Shown here in pieces: positions 25,273 to 64,000 of a stretch of 64,000 nt of DNA (positions are counted from its first letter, which is position 1; each line of letters starts with the position of its first letter). The position numbers were made by a program, and so were the translations under genes. Source of the stretch: Podarcis gaigeae (lineage: Eukaryota); NCBI GenBank assembly GCA_964106915.2, contig OZ066930.1. One strand, given 5' to 3'. The notes under the pieces were generated by a model, which saw only the letters and a program-made list of their open reading frames with translations, made no database searches and had not been told where the DNA came from.

Positions 25273-27119
25273 TGGTGGGGTTGAAGGAGCTCAGTACAGA
25301 CTGCCAGGGTGGGGAGCCCAACCACCCCAAAGAGGATTGAAAATACATTCTCAAGTGGTGATATGACAATGGAAGAAACCCATCTTGAGGGGTGGTGGGG
25401 TGAAGGGAGGAACAAGAGAGGTAATTGCAGCCACGGTCCCATTTTTCTCTTGTGCTTTGGAAAGAGGAGGGGAAAAGCCGGCTTGTCAAATGGGAAGGAA
25501 GGGCAGGCTGTGCTATCCTGCTTTTGTAGATGCAGGGAAGGAGGTAAATGGGAGGGGGAGCTTCCCTTATCTTCCACCATACTGGTAAGATACTGGTGGC
25601 CACTGCTGCAACCACTACCTGGGCAGGGAGAGTGTTAACAGAGCCCCCCCCTACATACCCCACCACAAAGCTCTTCCTCTTGCCCCCAAACATCAGCATG
25701 ACCTGTGTATGTCGTCTTCCGTAATGGAAAGACTGGGGCAAAAATAGCTGTTCCCCCAGCTAATGATGCTTCAGGCAACTCTCCCCACAGGCAGATGGTG
25801 CCACTTGCTTTAATAACAGCCAAAGCCACTCTTGGGCACAGAGGAAAAGAAGCCAAGTATGAACACGTGTGCAAAGTTGGTGGCCAAGGTCTGGTGTGTT
25901 CCAGAGCATCCTGGGTCAGGAAGAAACATGCTGAAAGTTATCTTAGCTTGGAAGTGCTGGAGAAGGGGGGGGGGGTGGAGGCTTGGGATCAGAACCAACA
26001 CGCAAGGCACCAGCAAGACTGATGGGGCAGCAGTTCTAACCATGATGCTGTGCAAGCTGTCAAAAGCCCTTAAAAGAAACTGGCTCGGACTGAACAAAGG
26101 AATGCTCTGCTCCCAGAAGCCCTTGCTAGCTTTATGCTGTCGCTCCTGGAGCTTGCAGGGAAGAGAATTGCTGGGGAGGGAGGTGGTCAGAGGTGAAGAA
26201 ACGGACCGCTGTGGCTTGGGACACTCCCCACCCTTTGCTTTTCCAAGGTGGGAGGCAACCATATGCATGGCTAGAATCTCCACCCCACTCTTCTTTTAGG
26301 GGGTCTCAGGACCCTTGCCAGAAGAAGAGCAAATTGGAGGACAGTGCTCCTTCCAATGGCCTTGCTAAAAACAGGCCCTGATCTCTGGGAGCAGAACTGG
26401 CCGACAGTAGGAAGGGGAGGAGAGGGCGACCGCAGAACCGTCCGAACCCACCACCGTCCATCACTGGCCTGACGGGGGAAACCCAGAGGGAGAACCACTG
26501 GCACCACTATGCCCTTAGGAAAGCCCAACTCTCCAAGGGCATGAGCAAACACACGCTCGGCAGCTGAAAGCCCACCACCAACACAAGGAGCGGGAGAGGA
26601 GGGTGCGAGTGAAAGGCATTGTGGGAGGTAAAAGGCATTGTGGGGGAGGGCGAGCTCTGGCAGTTGAGGGGGCGGGGTGTCCACTTATCTCCCCATCTTT
26701 GCTTTTTGCTGTGTTTGGTAAAAATTTAAAACCCTGTCTCATGTGCAACAACAAAAAAAGAAATAAAGGAAAGTACCATGGTCGCCACGGAGACCAAAAG
26801 GGATGCCCCCCAACACAGTCACTATAGAGACCAACAGCCCTTGGTACGCTCCCACTACTGTTGCCACGGAGACGGGCTGGGTGGCTGCCAGCCACTACCC
26901 CACGCACTCTGTCTCCATGGCGATCCAGCAGCAGGGGGGGGAGTGATGGAGAGGGGGGATGTCCCCAAACATCCAGCTGCCGCCCCCTTTCCCTGCCCCC
27001 CCAATCTCCGTCCTGCACCAGGGTATCGAAAAATAAACCCTTCCAGAGTTAAAATTGCAGCTTTTTACTCCTAACCCCCACCCCATGCGCGTGCAGGCTG
27101 GGCCCCCCCGGGGGGCCTG

Positions 27120-61412
<34,293 letters not shown>

Positions 61413-62567
61413 CTGAGAAGAAATAAAAAAAAATAAAGTTTGGTTTCTGCAATGTCTAAGCAGTTCTATTCAGTGTCAAAGTTCCCCATTTCCCACTTTC
61501 CATTCCCATTCTGGAATGAGAGAGAGACAGAATGTCACCCAGTACCTAGTAACAAATACTTATAAACAGCAGTCCTTCAAAAATGCCACAAAAGTTACTA
61601 GTCTACAAGAATGTGGAAAAATTGCTCAGTCTGTGCAATGTATATACTGCGTTGCAAAATTTATTGGGCACAGAATTTGTACTTTAAAAATCCATGAAGT
61701 AGACACGACCCTACCCTCTATCACCCTACAAAACCTCCCCCATTAACCAAAGCTGCCCACAGTATATTTAATGAGATGACCAGCTGGGCAGCTGAAAAGT
61801 AGCATCCAGGGGTGATACCCCAACTCAAAACTCTAGCTGGAAAAAGATCCAGGATGCTATCAGTTGAAGGAAGGGAGCACAGCTGCTGTACAGGCTGACT
61901 GCTTGGACCTCTTTGTGGATCACAGTTCAAAACAGCCATTTCCAACACACCCTCAGGCAGATACAGGCTGACTGAGGATCTAGGATCTTATTTGCAGGGT
62001 TTATAGAAAGCCAAAGAGCAGAGCATGCTCAGAAATTCAAGGGATGCCTCACCCAGTTGTTATTTAAACATGCAGTTGAGGCCACATCCCCTAAGGAAAT
62101 GACACTGCCCGCTTTACCTTGCTTATCACATTCACCCTGCCATAATCATCCCCAATTCACACATAGGGAAATAAAACCGAGAGCATGCAAATTTGGTTCA
62201 GGCCATTCAAAGGCATAGCTGTGAACCAGAAGTATCTGAGCTGTGGTTCCATTTTCTATTATACGACAGATGGAGAAGCTGTGGCCATCCAGATGACGCT
62301 GAACTGCAACTCCCATCAGTCCCAGGCAGCATAGCCAATGGTAAAGTCCCATCAGTCCCAGGCAGCATAGCCAACGGTAAAGGATGATAGGACCTGTAGT
62401 CCAGCAACACTGGGAGGGCCACAGGCTCCCTATCCCTAGGATATTTTTCTTTCTTTATTTGAAGGATTTATCAGCCCGTCCTTCATCAGTACAGATACCA
62501 GGGCAGAATTCGCACAAAATTAATCACCAGCATACAGAGATAAAACAACAGACCAAGCTCAGCATTG

Positions 62568-62742
62568 TAGGAAGCTGCCTTATACAGAGTCAGACCACTG
62601 GTCCATGTACAGTCAGTACTGTCTACACTGATTGGCAGCAGCTTTCCAGGGTTTCAGGGAGAGGACACTCTCAGTCCTACTTGGAGATCCCAGGGACTGA
62701 ACCTTCGACCACTTGCCAGATGCTCTACCACTGAGCTATGAC
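62568..62742 (-). mobile_element. tRNA-derived SINE, same family as 28385-28570
   Basis: taggaagctgccttata..gagtcagaccactggtccat..agatgctctaccactgagctatg. Confidence 0.75.
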
Positions 62743-62862
62743 CCGCCCACAAAAGTAAACTAAGATTCTAGTCTTCGTTGGTCTGAATGGAGGACTGTAT
62801 TATACTGGAACCTAGGAAACTGACATATCCTGAGTCAGACCACTGTTCCACCAAGCTCAGCA

Positions 62863-62958
62863 TCGCCTATGCTGACTGGTAAGAGGATCTTCAAAGTGTT
62901 AACTTGATGTCGCCTATGCTGACTGGTAAGAGGATCTTCAAAGTGTTAACTTGATGTC
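62863..62958. repeat. Exact 47-bp tandem duplication
   Basis: 62863-62909 equals 62910-62956. Confidence 0.95.
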
Positions 62959-64000
62959 AAAATAACTATGTTGGCATAGTATTCCACAAGAGGCGCCACC
63001 ACAGAGAAGGCTCTGTAAAGCAAGTTTTCCTAGGAGTGGAACATGGAGAAGTGTCTCCACACATCCAATTAACAAAGCAAAAGAAGTAAAAAGAAAAGGA
63101 GAGATAGTCCAAAGAGCTTGCAGTCAAAACAAGCTTCGCTCCCATCTATTCCACCTACCAATCTCCTCCCCAATCCTATTTCCGAATCTGTCCTCAAAAC
63201 TGAAACCTCCAGAGCTCCATCTCTGGATGGCCTTGCCAACCACACCTTTAGGTCCAGAGCCCCCCATCAAAGAACTTGCTTGCAACATCTCCCAAGCTAA
63301 TTTTATCTCACACAAGGGCAGAAGTTAGCTTTTTGGGGTGGGTGGGTGGTTTTTTAAAAAACCCACCACACTAAAAGAAAAGAGTTCAAAGACAATCAAC
63401 AGAATTTCAAAAATCAACAGTGCTTTATATGAGTGTGTTTGATTCCTTCCACTTTTTGTCATCCTATGTGAAGCCACTGGCACAGGGCATTTGTTTGCAC
63501 TCTTCCTAGCAAGAGGAAACAGCGCTCTGTTTGCACTCCACTGACTGCAAGAAGTATTCCTGACTTGACAGTGACTAGAGAGGACAGTCCTAGCTGCAGC
63601 AAGTAGCAGGGAGCACGAAGACTCACCCAGACTTGACACATGCACGTTGACTGAGGACAGCATCTCACAACACTTCAGGGTGGGTGGGTGTGTTGGTTTT
63701 TTAAAGTGGTTACAGGATAATTGGACTATGACTTAAAAGTGCCTGATTGAGACCAGGCTGAACATGCCCACAACATTCCCATTGGCCAGATTTTCAACCC
63801 GTTTAAAATCATGACCACCGAAATGCAGCCGTGCAAATCTCTGAACCTTAGAGCAGGTCTTGAATTTTGTGCAGTGAGCCTGCAGATGTGCAGAATGCAG
63901 ACAGGCCTGGCAAAACGGAAAAATGCTTTCTGCTCTGGCACTGCACCCCACATTTGGCTTGCTTTCCCAAGGACACTCTGGGCTGTTGCTCTCTTGGGCT

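Noticed and set aside
25716-25730. 15-mer cttccgtaatggaaa in the MARK2 3'UTR identical to RCOR2 14181-14195 (antisense at mRNA level)
   Set aside because: About two chance 15-mer pairs are expected in 64 kb (64000^2/2/4^15); noticed post hoc.

Overview
Vertebrate genomic DNA. The repeat content (tRNA-derived SINEs with CR1-like tails, palindromic hAT and Tc1/mariner MITEs, a Penelope-like fragment) points to a squamate, probably a lacertid lizard; this is an inference. The window holds two convergent, tail-to-tail genes in the MARK2-RCOR2 arrangement also known from mammals. RCOR2 (CoREST2) is complete on the + strand: 12 coding exons, 14177-23389, 1608 nt, 535 aa, polyA signal at 24139. MARK2 (PAR-1b kinase) is on the - strand: coding exons 2-19 from 61412 down to 27120, with exon 1 outside the window. 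It includes a GC-donor cassette exon and 27-nt and 45-nt cassette microexons. All exons were traced by hand and splice phases are consistent. The most unusual object is in MARK2 intron 11: a perfect 152-bp inverted repeat (40971-41292) sitting in a (TA)n tract. Each arm carries a minimal hammerhead-ribozyme core, the signature of a young Penelope-like retroelement insertion. Next to it is a triple-nested SINE/hAT/Tc-mariner insertion with 109-bp hairpin-forming tandem repeats. Other notable items are a Tigger1-like MITE, a polyQ-polyP tract and an in-frame retainable last intron in RCOR2, and candidate enhancers and cryptic exons. One 129-N assembly gap is present. Most of the ORF track is non-coding noise.
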